Origin: an uncultured Alphaproteobacteria bacterium
GTDB taxonomy: Bacteria > Pseudomonadota > Alphaproteobacteria > Rhizobiales > Xanthobacteraceae
NCBI GenBank assembly: GCA_963767515.1
Contig: CAVYER010000006.1
Location: forward strand, 52,568-116,567
DNA length: 64,000 bases
Direction of reading: 5' to 3'
Below, in pieces: positions 10,073-21,496 of the stretch. Within the stretch, counting starts at the first letter, position 1; every line of letters starts with the position of its first letter. The notes beneath the pieces were generated by a model that saw only the letters and a list, made by a program, of their open reading frames with translations, searched no databases and was not told the origin of the DNA. Position numbers and translations under genes: made by a program.

Positions 10073-11881
10073 TTAACCCGCCAGTTCCTCGCGCAGGATT
10101 TCGAGCTCCAGCCACTGCTCCTCGGCCGCCGCCAGCTTGCGCTGCGTCTCGCCGAGGTCAGTAGTGACCTTCTCGAAGCCGGCGCGATCGCGCGTGTAGA
10201 AATCCGGGTCGTCGAGCCTGGCCTGCAGGTCGCTGGCTTTGGCGTTGAGCGCGGCAATTGTCTTGGGCAGCGTCTCAAGCGCGTGCTTTTCCTTGAATTT
10301 CATTTTGCGTTTCACCGCCTGCGGCTCGGCGGCGGATGTCGACGCCTTGGCGGGCTTCTCCGCCTCGACTTTTGGCGTCACGCGCGTGAGGTCCGCGCCG
10401 CGCTGCGTGAGCATGTCGCTGTAGCCGCCGGCATATTCGATCCAGCGTCCGTCGCCCTCCGGCGCAATCACGCCGCTCACCAGCCGGTCGAGGAAATCGC
10501 GGTCGTGGCTGATCAACAGCACCGTGCCGGGATAATCGCCGAGCATGTCCTCGAGCACGTCCAGCGTTTCCATATCGAGATCGTTGGTCGGCTCGTCGAG
10601 CACGAGCAAATTCGACGGTTTGGCCAATACCTGCGCCAGCATCAGGCGGCCGCGCTCGCCGCCCGACAGCTTGCCGAGCGGGGTGCGGGCCTGTTCAGCT
10701 GAAAACAGAAAGTCCTTCATGTAGCTGACGACGTGTTTGCCGACCCCGTTGACCGAGACGGTATCGCCCTCGCCGCCGGTGAGCGCCTGCTGGACGGTGA
10801 CATTGGCGTCCAGGCTGTCGCGATGCTGATCGAGTGTGGCAATGGCAAGCGTCGAGCCGAGGCGTACGCTTCCGGTATCCGGCGGCAGCGCTCCGGTCAG
10901 CATGCTGATGAGCGTCGTTTTGCCACTGCCATTCGGCCCGACAATGCCGATGCGGTCGCCGCGCTGGATACGGATTGAGAAGTCGCTGACGATCGCGCGC
11001 CCGCCATAGCTCTTGCCGATGCCTTTCGCTTCGATCACCAGCGCGCCGGACGGCGCCGCTGATGCAGCGGTAATGTTGGCATCGCCGGCCGCGGCGCGAT
11101 AACTGCGGCGCGCTTCGCGCAGTGCCTGCAACTGCCCGACCCGGCGCATGTTGCGCTTGCGCCGCCCGCTGACGCCATAACGCATCCAGTGCTCTTCGGC
11201 GACGATCTTGCGGTCGAGCTTGTGCTGTTCGCGCTCCTCCTCGGCGAGCAGCATATCGCGCCATTCCTCGAAATGGGCAAAGCCACGTTCAATTCGGCGC
11301 GTACAGCCGCGGTCGAGCCAGACCGTCGAGCGTGACAGCGTCGAGAGGAAGCGCCGGTCGTGGCTGATGATCACCAGCGCGGTGCGGCGGGCGTCGAGGT
11401 CGCGCTCCAGCCACTCGATGGTCGTGAGATCGAGATGATTGGTCGGTTCGTCCAGCATCAGGATGTCGGGCGACGGTGCCAGGACCCGTGCCAGCGAGGC
11501 GCGGCGCGCTTCGCCGCCGGACAAGTGCGCCGGGTCTTCCTGGCCGGTGAGGCCGAGCTGTTCCAGGAAATAGCGTGCGGCATGGACGTCGTCGCCCGGC
11601 CGCAGGCCAGCCTCGACGTAGGCCAGCGTCGACGCAAAGCCGGAAAAGTCCGGCTCCTGCGGCAGATAGCGAACCAGCGCACCGGGCTGAATGAAGACCG
11701 TGCCGTGATCCGGCTCGACCGCGCGCGCGGCGATTTTCAACAGGGTCGACTTGCCGGAGCCGTTGCGCCCGACCAGCGACACGCGTTCGCCGGTCGACAC
11801 CGACAGCTCCGCCCCGGTCAGAAGCGGCGTGCCGCCGAAGGTCAGTGCGATGTCTTTGAGCTGAAGAAGCGGAGGAGCCAT
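10073..11881 (-). CDS. uup: ABC-F family ATPase, Uup-like
   Basis: Two ABC cassettes (GRNGSGKS, GPNGSGKT, LSGGE, DEPTN), no TM, C-terminal coiled coil ending EEQWLELE. Confidence 0.88.
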   Translation of the reverse strand: MAPPLLQLKDIALTFGGTPLLTGAELSVSTGERVSLVGRNGSGKSTLLKIAARAVEPDHGTVFIQPGALVRYLPQEPDFSGFASTLAYVEAGLRPGDDVHAARYFLEQLGLTGQEDPAHLSGGEARRASLARVLAPSPDILMLDEPTNHLDLTTIEWLERDLDARRTALVIISHDRRFLSTLSRSTVWLDRGCTRRIERGFAHFEEWRDMLLAEEEREQHKLDRKIVAEEHWMRYGVSGRRKRNMRRVGQLQALREARRSYRAAAGDANITAASAAPSGALVIEAKGIGKSYGGRAIVSDFSIRIQRGDRIGIVGPNGSGKTTLISMLTGALPPDTGSVRLGSTLAIATLDQHRDSLDANVTVQQALTGGEGDTVSVNGVGKHVVSYMKDFLFSAEQARTPLGKLSGGERGRLMLAQVLAKPSNLLVLDEPTNDLDMETLDVLEDMLGDYPGTVLLISHDRDFLDRLVSGVIAPEGDGRWIEYAGGYSDMLTQRGADLTRVTPKVEAEKPAKASTSAAEPQAVKRKMKFKEKHALETLPKTIAALNAKASDLQARLDDPDFYTRDRAGFEKVTTDLGETQRKLAAAEEQWLELEILREELAG

Positions 11882-11887
11882 TACGCC

Positions 11888-13273
11888 TTATGGTGCCGCC
11901 AGCGCCGATAGAATGCGCGCCCAAGAGCGGATGCCTTTGTGATAGCACGTCAGGTCGAACTTTTCGTTCGGCGAATGCACGCGGTCATCATCGAGCGCGA
12001 AGCCGACCAGCAGGGAATCCATGCCGAGCACGCTCTTGAAATCGGCGACAATCGGGATCGAGCCGCCGGCGCCGACCGCCACCGCCTTCTTGCCCCACTC
12101 CTCGCCCAGTACGTCGCGCGCCTTGTTGAGCGCCGGATTGTCGAACGACAATTGCAGCGGGGGTGCCAGGCCGAAATTGCCGAATTCGACCTTGCAGTCG
12201 GCCGGCAGCCGCGCCCGCACAAAGGCGCGGAAGGCGTCGCGGATCTTTTCGGGATTCTGCGTGCCGACCAGGCGGAACGAGACCTTGGCACTGGCCTCCC
12301 CCGGGATGACGGTTTTGGCGCCTTCGCCGGTATAGCCGCCGATGATCCCGTTGATCTCGGCGGTCGGCCGCGTCGTGATCTGCTCGATCAGCATGCGGTC
12401 TTGCTCGCCGGCCGGCTTTTTGAGCCCGATGGGGCCGAGAAACTTCTCCGGCGTCAGGTCGAGCCCTTTGAGGTCGGCCTTGATGTCGGGCGGCAGGTCC
12501 TTCACGCCATCATAAAAGCCGGGGATCGTGACACGGCCCTTGTCGTCCCACATGGCGCCGAGAATCTCCGCGAGCAGCCGCAGCGGGTTTTGTGCCGCGC
12601 CCCCGAACACACCGGAATGCAGGTCACGGTCGGCGCAGGTGATCTTGACGTCCTCGTAGACCAGACCGCGCAGCGAGGTAGTGATGGCGGGGGTCTTCTG
12701 GTCCCACATGGCGGTGTCGCAGACCAGAGCGAGGTCGAGCTTGAACTCGGCCGCATTGTCGCGCACGAAATCGAAGAGGTTCTTGGAGCCGCACTCTTCT
12801 TCGCCCTCGATCATCATGGTGATCGGCAGCGGCAGCTTGCCGGTGACCGCCTTGAAGGCACGGCAGGCCTCGATGAAGGTCATCGCCTGGCCTTTGTCGT
12901 CGCAGGCGCCGCGCGCCACGATGATCTTGCGTCCATCCGGCAGGGTCTCGATGCGCGGTTCGAAGGGCGGCGTCTTCCACTGGTTCAGCGGGTCGACCGG
13001 CTGCACATCGTAGTGGCCGTAAAACAGCACGCGTGGACCCGCGACGCCGTTCGATTTGCCGACGACGACTGGATGTCCCGCGGTCGGACGCACGGTGGCG
13101 TCGAAGCCGATGGTCTTGAGATCGGCAGCCACATGCTCGGCGGCCGCGCGGCACTGGTCCTTGAAGGCCGGGTCGGTGGACACCGAGGCGATGCGCAACA
13201 GGGCGAACAGTCGCTCGACGCTGTGGTCGATATCCTGATCAATGCGGCTCAAGACCGCGTCGAGGGTCGTCAT
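11888..13273 (-). CDS. M20 family dipeptidase/deacylase
   Basis: YGHYDVQP, ARGACDDKGQ, EGEEECGS, DLHSG, HSPNEKF. Confidence 0.93.
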   Translation of the reverse strand: MTTLDAVLSRIDQDIDHSVERLFALLRIASVSTDPAFKDQCRAAAEHVAADLKTIGFDATVRPTAGHPVVVGKSNGVAGPRVLFYGHYDVQPVDPLNQWKTPPFEPRIETLPDGRKIIVARGACDDKGQAMTFIEACRAFKAVTGKLPLPITMMIEGEEECGSKNLFDFVRDNAAEFKLDLALVCDTAMWDQKTPAITTSLRGLVYEDVKITCADRDLHSGVFGGAAQNPLRLLAEILGAMWDDKGRVTIPGFYDGVKDLPPDIKADLKGLDLTPEKFLGPIGLKKPAGEQDRMLIEQITTRPTAEINGIIGGYTGEGAKTVIPGEASAKVSFRLVGTQNPEKIRDAFRAFVRARLPADCKVEFGNFGLAPPLQLSFDNPALNKARDVLGEEWGKKAVAVGAGGSIPIVADFKSVLGMDSLLVGFALDDDRVHSPNEKFDLTCYHKGIRSWARILSALAAP

Positions 13274-13335
13274 GCGGGGCTCCTTGCAGGCAGGGGCCCC
13301 ACGCTAGCAACGCGGCCCGGCGCTGGAAAGAACCG

Positions 13336-13809
13336 TCAATGCATGGTCGGCTTGGCAAAATTGGCCAATTTGACCGGGGCCATCATCACAATGCGACCGG
13401 ATGCCGGCGGTCGCCGCCGGCGGCGGCCTTGCAACGCGGCGCCGATGCGGCGGTAGAGCATCCGGGGCGCAATTCTGGCGGGCAACACCGCCACATAGCC
13501 GCAGAGCCGCACCGTCTTGCACAAATAAGGCGTGACCACCGGCGCCACAATCAGCGTCGGGATCCCGAAGGATTGCCCGGGCGCATCCGCAAGTGCCTCA
13601 GGCACGGCGTCGGGAGCCGCATCGCCGATTACCACGAGGCAGGCATCGACGCCGCCGGCGCAGCAAAGGTGCCTTGCCTGCTCGATTCGGGTGACCGTGG
13701 TGACCCGGCCGATCGCCATGCGCCGCAGGCGTGCCGCCAGTCGCTCGCCGTCATGGCTGGACGGATCATCATGAACAACAATGATGTGCGAACGCCTCAA
13801 CGACTTCAT
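13336..13809 (-). CDS. Degenerate receiver-like (pseudo-REC) protein
   Basis: IIVVHDD...VDACLVV...IPTLIVA...GYVAVLP follows CheY topology but lacks the phospho-Asp; start uncertain. Confidence 0.55.
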   Translation of the reverse strand: MKSLRRSHIIVVHDDPSSHDGERLAARLRRMAIGRVTTVTRIEQARHLCCAGGVDACLVVIGDAAPDAVPEALADAPGQSFGIPTLIVAPVVTPYLCKTVRLCGYVAVLPARIAPRMLYRRIGAALQGRRRRRPPASGRIVMMAPVKLANFAKPTMH

Positions 13810-14251
13810 ACCCGCAACCCTACCCAACACCCGAAACTCTACTCATCCCAATGTTCCGCACGCCGGCGTGGCAGTCCGATGCCGAATAGCCGATATATCC
13901 TTATTCTTTCAGGATTTTTTCAAACATACACGGCCTGTAACGGTCACCTAATTACGAGACTACTGATAGTAGGATTACGGATTGATCCGCGACCGATTTT
14001 GCCACCGCGCAGCATTGGCCCCGCACCTGGCGGAGAGCGTCCGGTCGATGCATTTGGAACGCTGAGCACGTGCAACGATGCGATCCGACCTTTGTACGAA
14101 AGATGACTCATTTCACTTGACACGCGACCCCGGCAGTGACTGCACGCGAGGCCTGTCAATGACCGATGCCGTTGCATCCTGCTTGTCATTGCGTTGAACG
14201 GCGTTCAATATAAACGCAATTTCGCCACAGTGCCGGGGGCGTGAGGGTTCC

Positions 14252-14614
14252 ATGGATGAGTTGATCGGACGTCTCGTCGCCAAGGCAGGCGTCGAACGCG
14301 GTGTCGCGGAAAAGTCGCTTGCCATTATCCTCGACTTCCTGCGCAAGGAAGGGCCAGCCGATAAAGTGCAGGCGCTCCTTGATCGGCTTCCCGGTGCAGA
14401 GGCCCTGTTAGCGCAGCAGCCGGATACCGGCGGGGGCATGTTCAGCATGGGCGGCATCATGGGTGCCGGCACAAAGATGATGGCAGCGGGGCTGAGCATG
14501 GGCCAGGTGCAGAGTGTTACGCGCGAGACGATCGCTTATGCGCGCGAAAAGATTGGCGACGACGCGGTCGGGGAAATCGTCGGCGCCATTCCCGGATTGA
14601 GTCAGTTCGTTTGA
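14252..14614 (+). CDS. Conserved small helical protein (DUF2267/DUF2780-like)
   Basis: Resembles a conserved rhizobial family ending IPGLSQFV; GAGG RBS. Confidence 0.7.
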   Translation: MDELIGRLVAKAGVERGVAEKSLAIILDFLRKEGPADKVQALLDRLPGAEALLAQQPDTGGGMFSMGGIMGAGTKMMAAGLSMGQVQSVTRETIAYAREKIGDDAVGEIVGAIPGLSQFV

Positions 14615-14666
14615 ACCGTTTACGTCGCAAATAAACAAAACATAAGAAAAGCCGGAGGAAGCGCGG

Positions 14667-15074
14667 ATGTCCTATCCCATCACCGATATAGAGGGGATCG
14701 ACGGCAATGTCGCCGCGGTGCTCAAATCGGCAGGGATTAGATCAACTGATCGCCTGCTCGAAGCAGCGCGCACAGTAAAGGGACGCAAGACGCTCGCCAC
14801 CAAGACCGGCTTCGATGAGAAGCAACTGCTATGCTGGGCCAATGTCGCCGACCGCATGCGCATCAAAGGCATCAGTAAGGAATATGCCGAACTGTTGCAG
14901 GCTGCCGGCGTCGATACTGTAAAGGAACTCAAGTATCGGAACCCCCTCAATTTGGCCAAGGCGATGGCCGACGCGAACAAAAGGCGCAAAGTCGTCCGCC
15001 TATTGCCGTCGGAGAAGGTGGTCAAACGCTGGATCGAAAACGCTAGATTATTGCCGCTCAAGATCACCTATTGA
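14667..15074 (+). CDS. DUF4332 helix-hairpin-helix protein
   Basis: DIEGI, RIKGI..EYAELL.AAGVDTVKEL; GGAGG RBS. Confidence 0.88.
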   Translation: MSYPITDIEGIDGNVAAVLKSAGIRSTDRLLEAARTVKGRKTLATKTGFDEKQLLCWANVADRMRIKGISKEYAELLQAAGVDTVKELKYRNPLNLAKAMADANKRRKVVRLLPSEKVVKRWIENARLLPLKITY

Positions 15075-15125
15075 CGCCTTGACGCCTGCTTGACAGCCCC
15101 CCACCGACCGCGCAAAGCGACCGAT

Positions 15126-15992
15126 ATGGGAAGCGTCCGTACCCTCAATATACCCGTCGGAACTGCGCCAAAATCAGCGCGAAACGCTCTTTCCGCATTG
15201 TTTTCTCTGGGCCGCCCGTTGGTCATGGGTATCCTCAATGTCACCCCCGACTCTTTCTCGGACGGCGGCCAATTCCTGGATCCCGCGCTGGCCATTGGCC
15301 ATGCCGCGGACATGGCGAATGCCGGCGCTGATATCCTCGATATCGGCGCGGAGTTGACCCGACCTTATGGCGGGCCCGTCCCCGTCTCCGCCCATGAGGA
15401 AAAGGCGCGACTTGAGCCAATATTTCCAGCGGTCATCAAACTCGGTTTGCCGCTATCGATCGACACGATCAAAGCCTCAATCGCCGCCTGGGCACTCGAC
15501 CAGGGCGCGACTATCGTTAACGACGTGTGGGGACTGCAGCGCGACCCCGACATGGCGTCTCTCGTCGCCAAACGCGGCGTGCCGGTGATCGTCATGCACA
15601 ATCGCGATAGCGCAGATGAAGCTATCGATATCATCGCCGACGTGATTGCTTTCTTTTCGCGATCGCTTGAGATCGCTGCTCGCGTTGGCATCGCGCACGA
15701 AAATATCGTGCTCGATCCCGGTATTGGCTTCGGCAAGACTCCCGAGCAGAGCATTACCTGCATCGCCCGGCTTGCGGAATTCAAGCGCTTCGGCTTGCCG
15801 CTCTTGGTCGGCGCTTCGCGCAAACGCTTCATCAACACGGTAGCTCCGTCGGCCCCTGACGATCGTATCGGCGGTTCGATCTCCGCCCATCTACTCGCAG
15901 TCGAAAGGGGCGCGTCCATTGTTCGCGTGCATGACGTCAAGGAAACCGTTCAGGCCTTGCGTGTGGCCGCTGCGATAGAGGCTGCCCGATGA
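15126..15992 (+). CDS. folP: Dihydropteroate synthase
   Basis: MGILNVTPDSFSDGG, SIDT, NDVWG, DPGIGFGK, SRKRF, RVHDV. Confidence 0.96.
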   Translation: MGSVRTLNIPVGTAPKSARNALSALFSLGRPLVMGILNVTPDSFSDGGQFLDPALAIGHAADMANAGADILDIGAELTRPYGGPVPVSAHEEKARLEPIFPAVIKLGLPLSIDTIKASIAAWALDQGATIVNDVWGLQRDPDMASLVAKRGVPVIVMHNRDSADEAIDIIADVIAFFSRSLEIAARVGIAHENIVLDPGIGFGKTPEQSITCIARLAEFKRFGLPLLVGASRKRFINTVAPSAPDDRIGGSISAHLLAVERGASIVRVHDVKETVQALRVAAAIEAAR

Positions 15993-16357
15993 GCGATCGC
16001 ATCTTTATTCGCGGGCTCGCGCTGCATGCCTATCACGGCGTGATGCCGCACGAGGCCAAGGTCGGACAGACTTTCATCATCGACCTCGAGCTCGAGATCG
16101 ATCTATCGACCGCGGCTCGATCGGACAAAGTCGTGGATACTGTTTCCTATGACAAGGTTGTCGATTGCGCGAGCGCGGCCTTCAGCGGACAACGCTTCCG
16201 CTTGATCGAAGCTGCCGCCGGCCGGGTGGCCAGCGCCGTGCTCGCGGCATTTCCCCCGGTGCATTCGATACGTGTAACGATCCACAAGCCACACGCTCCA
16301 ATTGCCGCGACATTCGATGACGTCGGCGTGACCCTGGTGCGGAGCCGTCATGGTTGA
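15989..16357 (+). CDS. folB: Dihydroneopterin aldolase
   Basis: YHGV..HE...GQ.F.ID, TVSY, LIEA, KPHAPI. Confidence 0.96.
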   Translation: MSDRIFIRGLALHAYHGVMPHEAKVGQTFIIDLELEIDLSTAARSDKVVDTVSYDKVVDCASAAFSGQRFRLIEAAAGRVASAVLAAFPPVHSIRVTIHKPHAPIAATFDDVGVTLVRSRHG

Positions 16358-16832
16358 GGCGTTGCTCGCGCTCGGCGGCAATGTCGGAAACAGCCGGGCC
16401 ATTCTTGACCGCGCCATCAATCTGCTTTGCGACGGGAAAGACGTAAGGCTAAAAGCGCGGTCTTCCGACTACCGGACGCCGCCCTGGGGTTTCAAATATC
16501 AGCCGCATTTCATCAACCTCGCCATCGCCGTCGAAACGACACTCGGCCCGCGCGAATTGCTGGCGCGCGCGCAGGAAATCGAATTGCGGCTCGGCCGCGA
16601 CCGCGCCCACGAAAAGCGCAACGGGCCAAGAACCGCGGATATTGACATCCTCGCCTATGACGACCTGATGCTGAATGAGCCGAATTTGACGTTGCCACAT
16701 CCGCGTCTGTTCGAGCGCGCTTTCGTCCTGTTGCCGCTGGCTGAAATCGCCGGGGATCATGTAATCAACGGCCGACGCATCGACGAAGCCGCCGAAATCG
16801 TCGATGCCGGCGGTATCTATCGCCTGCCCTGA
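16350..16832 (+). CDS. folK: 2-amino-4-hydroxy-6-hydroxymethyldihydropteridine diphosphokinase
   Basis: LGGNVG, GPRTADIDIL, LPHPRLFERAFVL. Confidence 0.96.
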   Translation: MVEALLALGGNVGNSRAILDRAINLLCDGKDVRLKARSSDYRTPPWGFKYQPHFINLAIAVETTLGPRELLARAQEIELRLGRDRAHEKRNGPRTADIDILAYDDLMLNEPNLTLPHPRLFERAFVLLPLAEIAGDHVINGRRIDEAAEIVDAGGIYRLP

Positions 16833-16840
16833 CCGTTCGG

Positions 16841-16856
16841 GGGCATGCAATTTGCT
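16841..16856 (+). promoter_or_regulatory. Candidate sigma-54 (-24/-12) promoter for the mutase operon
   Basis: GGGCATGCAATTTGCT has GG-N10-GC spacing with TTGC, about 45 nt upstream of the ATG at 16901. Confidence 0.4.
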
Positions 16857-16900
16857 TTATCTCAATGGCCTGACGGTGCTGACTGTGCCAATTTTCACGA

Positions 16901-18760
16901 ATGTCTGACAATCTTACCCTCGCCGCAGAATTTCCGCCGACAAGCGAAGCGGATTGGCGCAGGCTCGTCGACGCAGCGCTCAAAGGCGCTGCATTCGACA
17001 AGCGGCTGGTGAGCCAGACTTATGATGGCCTGCGGGTAGAACCGCTTTACGCCCGCGCTATGGGAGCCAAGCCGGTCGTCGGACGGACCCCTGGCGTTGC
17101 ATGGACCTTGATGCAACGCGTCGACCATCCCGATCCGGCCGCAGCGAATGCGCAAGCGTTGGAAGATCTGGAGAACGGTGCAAACGGGTTGACGCTGGTG
17201 TTCGCCGGCTCGCTCAATGCCAACGGCTACGGCATGGATGCAACGCCTGCGACACTGGCCCGTGCGCTCGACGGCGTCGCGCTGGAGGCCGGCATTACGA
17301 TCGATTTCAACCTCAGCCCGCCGACACGCAATGCTGTGCAGCTTTTCGCAGCGCTTGTGAAAAGCCGAAAAATCTCACCGGCCTCAATTGATCTGCACGC
17401 CAGCATAAATCCAATCGGTGGCCTCGCCGCCTCCGGTGCCAGCCCGAAGCCGTGGCGTGAGTTGTCGAAAACATTTTCGGGAGCCATCCGCGATCTCGCC
17501 GATCAGGGTTTCCGCGGGCCATTCGCGGTCGCTGATGGGCGCATCATCCACAATGCCGGCGGCTCGGAAGCTCAAGAATTGGCCTTTGCGATCGCCGCCG
17601 GCGTGGACTGTTTGCGCGCGCTCGAGGCAAGTGGCGTACCGCTCGATAGCGCGCGCGCCATGATTTATTTTCGCATGGCGGCAGACGCTGATGAGTTTCT
17701 CACGATCGCTAAATTCCGTGCCGTGCGAAAATTATGGGCGCGTATCGAGCAGGCCTGCGGTCTGCCACCGAAGCCAGCTTACGTAGCCGCCGAAACAGCT
17801 TGGAGAATGATGACCAAGCGCGATCCTTACGTAAATATGCTGCGCAACACGATTGCAGTCACCGCCGCCGGTCTCGGCGGCGCAAATAGTATCGTTGCGC
17901 TGCCACACACCGCCGCGCTCGGTTTGCCCGACGCGTTCGCCCGCCGCGTCGCCCGCAACACCCAGCTCATACTGCTCGAAGAATCCAATCTCCATCGCGT
18001 GGAAGATCCGGCCGCCGGCTCTGGCGCCATCGAGGATCTCACCAACAAGCTTTGCGCTTCCGCCTGGAAGCAATTTCAGGAAATTGAGGCCGTGGGCGGC
18101 GCCTGGGCTGCACTCGAATGCGGACTTATACAGAAAAAAGTCGCGGCGGTGCGCGCCGAACGCCAAAAGGCCGTCGCGCGCCGCAAGGATGCGGTGACTG
18201 GCACGAGCGATTTTCCAAACCTGTATGAGAAGGCGGCGGTCGTGCTCGACGTCGCGCCACGCGTAGCGCCGAAGGAACCAGGCGCTATCGCGACGGCCGA
18301 GCCGCTGCCGAGTATTCGGCTGGCCGAACCATTCGAAGCGTTACGTGATGCGTCTGATCGCATGCTCAAAAAGAGGGGCGCGCGGCCAAAAGTATTCCTG
18401 GCCAATCTCGGCAAAGTATCAGAGTTCACCGCACGCGCGATGTTCGCGAAGAATTTCTACGAAGCTGGCGGCATCGAGGCGGCGGGCAATGACGGTTTCA
18501 AGGATCAGGCGGCCATGATTGCCGCTTACAAATCCTCCGGCGCAAAGCTCGCCTGCCTATGTTCGTCAGACAAGGTCTATAAAAAAGAGGCCGCCGATGC
18601 CGCGAAGGCCCTGGCCGATGCGGGCGCAATTGTCCACCTCGCGGGGCGGCCTGGAGAAAACGAGACTAACTGGCGGGGAGCCGGGGTGAAATCATTCATT
18701 TTTATGGGCTGCGACACGCTTTCGACGTTGCAAGCCGCACATGATATTCTCGCCAAATGA
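16901..18760 (+). CDS. mutA: Methylmalonyl-CoA mutase small (beta, non-catalytic) subunit
   Basis: MCM barrel motifs ([38 protein letters not shown]); no DxHxxG. Confidence 0.9.
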   Translation: MSDNLTLAAEFPPTSEADWRRLVDAALKGAAFDKRLVSQTYDGLRVEPLYARAMGAKPVVGRTPGVAWTLMQRVDHPDPAAANAQALEDLENGANGLTLVFAGSLNANGYGMDATPATLARALDGVALEAGITIDFNLSPPTRNAVQLFAALVKSRKISPASIDLHASINPIGGLAASGASPKPWRELSKTFSGAIRDLADQGFRGPFAVADGRIIHNAGGSEAQELAFAIAAGVDCLRALEASGVPLDSARAMIYFRMAADADEFLTIAKFRAVRKLWARIEQACGLPPKPAYVAAETAWRMMTKRDPYVNMLRNTIAVTAAGLGGANSIVALPHTAALGLPDAFARRVARNTQLILLEESNLHRVEDPAAGSGAIEDLTNKLCASAWKQFQEIEAVGGAWAALECGLIQKKVAAVRAERQKAVARRKDAVTGTSDFPNLYEKAAVVLDVAPRVAPKEPGAIATAEPLPSIRLAEPFEALRDASDRMLKKRGARPKVFLANLGKVSEFTARAMFAKNFYEAGGIEAAGNDGFKDQAAMIAAYKSSGAKLACLCSSDKVYKKEAADAAKALADAGAIVHLAGRPGENETNWRGAGVKSFIFMGCDTLSTLQAAHDILAK

Positions 18761-20913
18761 GTCAGGTCCCCAATTTCGCAAAGGTCGAATTCGTCGACCC
18801 GGCTACGCCGGTCGGCAAGAGCTCGGTTGCACCTTGGGCGACGCCCGAAGGCATCGCGGTAAAACCGATCTATACCGAGCAAGACCTCGCCGGGCTCGAT
18901 TTCCTTGAAACTTATCCCGGCAAGGCGCCCTATCTGCGCGGCCCCTACCCCGCGATGTACGCGGCCCAGCCCTGGACTATCCGGCAATATGCCGGCTTCT
19001 CCACCGCTGAGGATTCCAACGCCTTCTACCGGCGCAATCTCGCGGCCGGACAGAAGGGCCTTTCCATCGCCTTCGATCTCGCAACTCACCGCGGCTACGA
19101 CAGCGACCATCCACGCGTGTCGGGCGATGTCGGCATGGCGGGCGTTGCGATCGACTCTATCTACGACATGCGCACGCTGTTCTCCGGCATTCCGCTCGAC
19201 CAGATGAGCGTGTCGATGACCATGAACGGCGCGGTGTTGCCGGTGCTGGCACTCTACATCGTCGCCGCCGAGGAACAGGGCGTGCCGCACGAGAAGCTTT
19301 CCGGCACGATCCAGAACGACATCCTCAAAGAATTCATGGTGCGCAATACCTACATCTATCCGCCTGGACCTTCTCTGCGCATCATCTCCGACATCTTCGC
19401 CTATACGTCCGCAGAGATGCCGAAGTTCAATTCGATTTCGGTGTCCGGCTATCACATGCAGGAAGCGGGCGCGACGCAGGATCTCGAACTTGCCTATACA
19501 CTCGCCGACGGCGTCGAATATGTGCGCGCCGGTATCAAGGCGGGCCTGACCATCGATCAGTTCGCACCGCGCGTGTCGTTCTTCTGGGCGATCGGCATGA
19601 ATTACTTCATGGAAATCGCCAAGCTACGCGCCGCCCGTATGCTGTGGGCGAAGCTGATGAAGCCTTTCAAACCCGAGGACGCGCGCTCGCTTTCGCTGCG
19701 CACGCATTGCCAGACCTCGGGCTGGTCATTGGCGGCACAGGATGTGTTCAACAACGTCTCGCGCACCATGATTGAAGCCATGGCGGCCACCCAAGGCCAG
19801 ACGCAGTCGCTGCACACCAATGCTCTCGATGAGGCACTCGCATTGCCGACGGATTTCTCGGCCCGCATTGCGCGCAACACCCAGATCGTGTTGCAGCAGG
19901 AGGCTGGCGCCACCCGCATCGTTGATCCCTGGGGCGGCTCTTACTACGTGGAACGGCTCACCTACGAGCTGGCACGAAAGGCCTGGGGCCATATCGAGGA
20001 AGTCGAAGGCCTCGGCGGAATGGCGAAAGCCATCGAAGCCGGCATCCCGAAGCTGCGCATCGAGGAAGCCGCCGCCAAAACGCAGGCCCGCATCGATGCC
20101 GGCGCGCAATCGGTCATTGGCGTCAATAAATATCAGCCGACCGACGAGGCGCCGATCGAGGTGCTCAAGATCGACAATTCGGCGGTGCGGCAGATGCAGC
20201 TCGACAAACTTGCGCGCCTGAAGGCCGAACGCGATCCAGCCGCGTTGCAGGAGGCGCTCGACGCCCTCACCCGCGCCGCTGACCGCGGCAACGGCAATCT
20301 CCTGGCGCTCGCCATTGAGGCCGCCCGCGCAAAGGCGACCGTCGGCGAGATTTCCTCGGCGCTGGAGAAAGTGTTTGGCCGCCATCGCGCTGAAATCAAA
20401 GCCATCACCGGAGTTTACAAGCGGGAGGTCGGCATGACCGGCGCCGTCGAACGCGTTCGTACAGCCGTTGAGGCCTTCGAAGCCGCAGAGGGCCGTCGAC
20501 CCCGTCTGCTGGTCGCCAAGATCGGCCAGGACGGCCATGACCGTGGTCAGAAGGTCATCGCGTCCGCCTTTGCCGACCTCGGCTTCGACGTCGACATCGG
20601 TCCACTCTTTGCGACACCGGCGGAAGCCGCCCGCCAGGCCGTCGAAAACGACGTCCACATCCTTGGCGTCTCATCGCTCGCCGCGGCACACCTCACTCTC
20701 GTGCCGGAACTCAAGGCCGAACTCACCAAACAAGGACGTGGCGATATCATGATCGTCGTCGGTGGCGTCGTGCCTCCGCAGGATTACGATGCGCTGATGA
20801 AGGCCGGCGCCGAGGCGATTTTCCCGCCGGGCACCGTGATCGCTGAAGCCGCCGAGAAGCTTCTCAAGACGCTCAACAAACGTCTGGGGCACGGCAAAGA
20901 GGCCGCGGAGTGA
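18757..20913 (+). CDS. mutB: Methylmalonyl-CoA mutase large (catalytic, B12-binding) subunit
   Basis: [40 protein letters not shown]. Confidence 0.97.
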   Translation: MSQVPNFAKVEFVDPATPVGKSSVAPWATPEGIAVKPIYTEQDLAGLDFLETYPGKAPYLRGPYPAMYAAQPWTIRQYAGFSTAEDSNAFYRRNLAAGQKGLSIAFDLATHRGYDSDHPRVSGDVGMAGVAIDSIYDMRTLFSGIPLDQMSVSMTMNGAVLPVLALYIVAAEEQGVPHEKLSGTIQNDILKEFMVRNTYIYPPGPSLRIISDIFAYTSAEMPKFNSISVSGYHMQEAGATQDLELAYTLADGVEYVRAGIKAGLTIDQFAPRVSFFWAIGMNYFMEIAKLRAARMLWAKLMKPFKPEDARSLSLRTHCQTSGWSLAAQDVFNNVSRTMIEAMAATQGQTQSLHTNALDEALALPTDFSARIARNTQIVLQQEAGATRIVDPWGGSYYVERLTYELARKAWGHIEEVEGLGGMAKAIEAGIPKLRIEEAAAKTQARIDAGAQSVIGVNKYQPTDEAPIEVLKIDNSAVRQMQLDKLARLKAERDPAALQEALDALTRAADRGNGNLLALAIEAARAKATVGEISSALEKVFGRHRAEIKAITGVYKREVGMTGAVERVRTAVEAFEAAEGRRPRLLVAKIGQDGHDRGQKVIASAFADLGFDVDIGPLFATPAEAARQAVENDVHILGVSSLAAAHLTLVPELKAELTKQGRGDIMIVVGGVVPPQDYDALMKAGAEAIFPPGTVIAEAAEKLLKTLNKRLGHGKEAAE

Positions 20914-21467
20914 GGCCTTTCATTGCCCGCGCCGCTATCGCGGCGGCTTGCGCTTTATCACTGTCAGGCTGCATCGACTCCGCAAGTCCGATCCTGTCGG
21001 ACTCGCAGCCCGTGTTTGGCGAGCGTGCACGATTTCAGCTGTACGGCCTGCGCAAGGGCTTCGCCGTTGAGCCCGAACAGGTGACGTTCGTCTGGAATGG
21101 CGCACGTTATAAGCGCATTCGCGGCGGCCTGCGTGACGTCAGTACGTTCTCGGTCCATCCGTTCGAAAACGACGCTTTCGTCATTCAGAGCACCTCGACG
21201 AAACGTCCCCAAATGACGGAATACGCCGTCATGCGCAAATTGACCGAGGGCGTCTACCAGGTGACCGTCATCGACGAGACCGATGCCGACGAGCAGACCC
21301 GCGCTGCACACTGTGGAAAAGGCGAAAAAAACGACCGTTCGTGCCGCATTACGACGCGGGAACAGCTGTTTGCCTTTGCGCGGGCGACCGCGGCGCGGCA
21401 AAAGAATGACGGCGGACTGGCGGTCCGCTTGCAGGACGACGAACAAAAGCCGCCGCGCCGGCACTAA
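20910..21467 (+). CDS. Hypothetical lipoprotein
   Basis: Signal peptide with LSGC lipobox; GTGA overlap with the mutase. Confidence 0.75.
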   Translation: MRPFIARAAIAAACALSLSGCIDSASPILSDSQPVFGERARFQLYGLRKGFAVEPEQVTFVWNGARYKRIRGGLRDVSTFSVHPFENDAFVIQSTSTKRPQMTEYAVMRKLTEGVYQVTVIDETDADEQTRAAHCGKGEKNDRSCRITTREQLFAFARATAARQKNDGGLAVRLQDDEQKPPRRH

Positions 21468-21496
21468 CGCCGCACCGCCACCGGCTGGGGAAATCG

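Noticed and set aside
11939-13456. 505-aa plus-strand ORF and similar long shadow ORFs (e.g. 32585-33730, 23441-24451)
   Set aside because: Antisense to well-supported genes in high-GC DNA.
16833-16900. Cobalamin riboswitch upstream of the B12-dependent mutase
   Set aside because: The gap is only 68 nt and has no B12-box motif.
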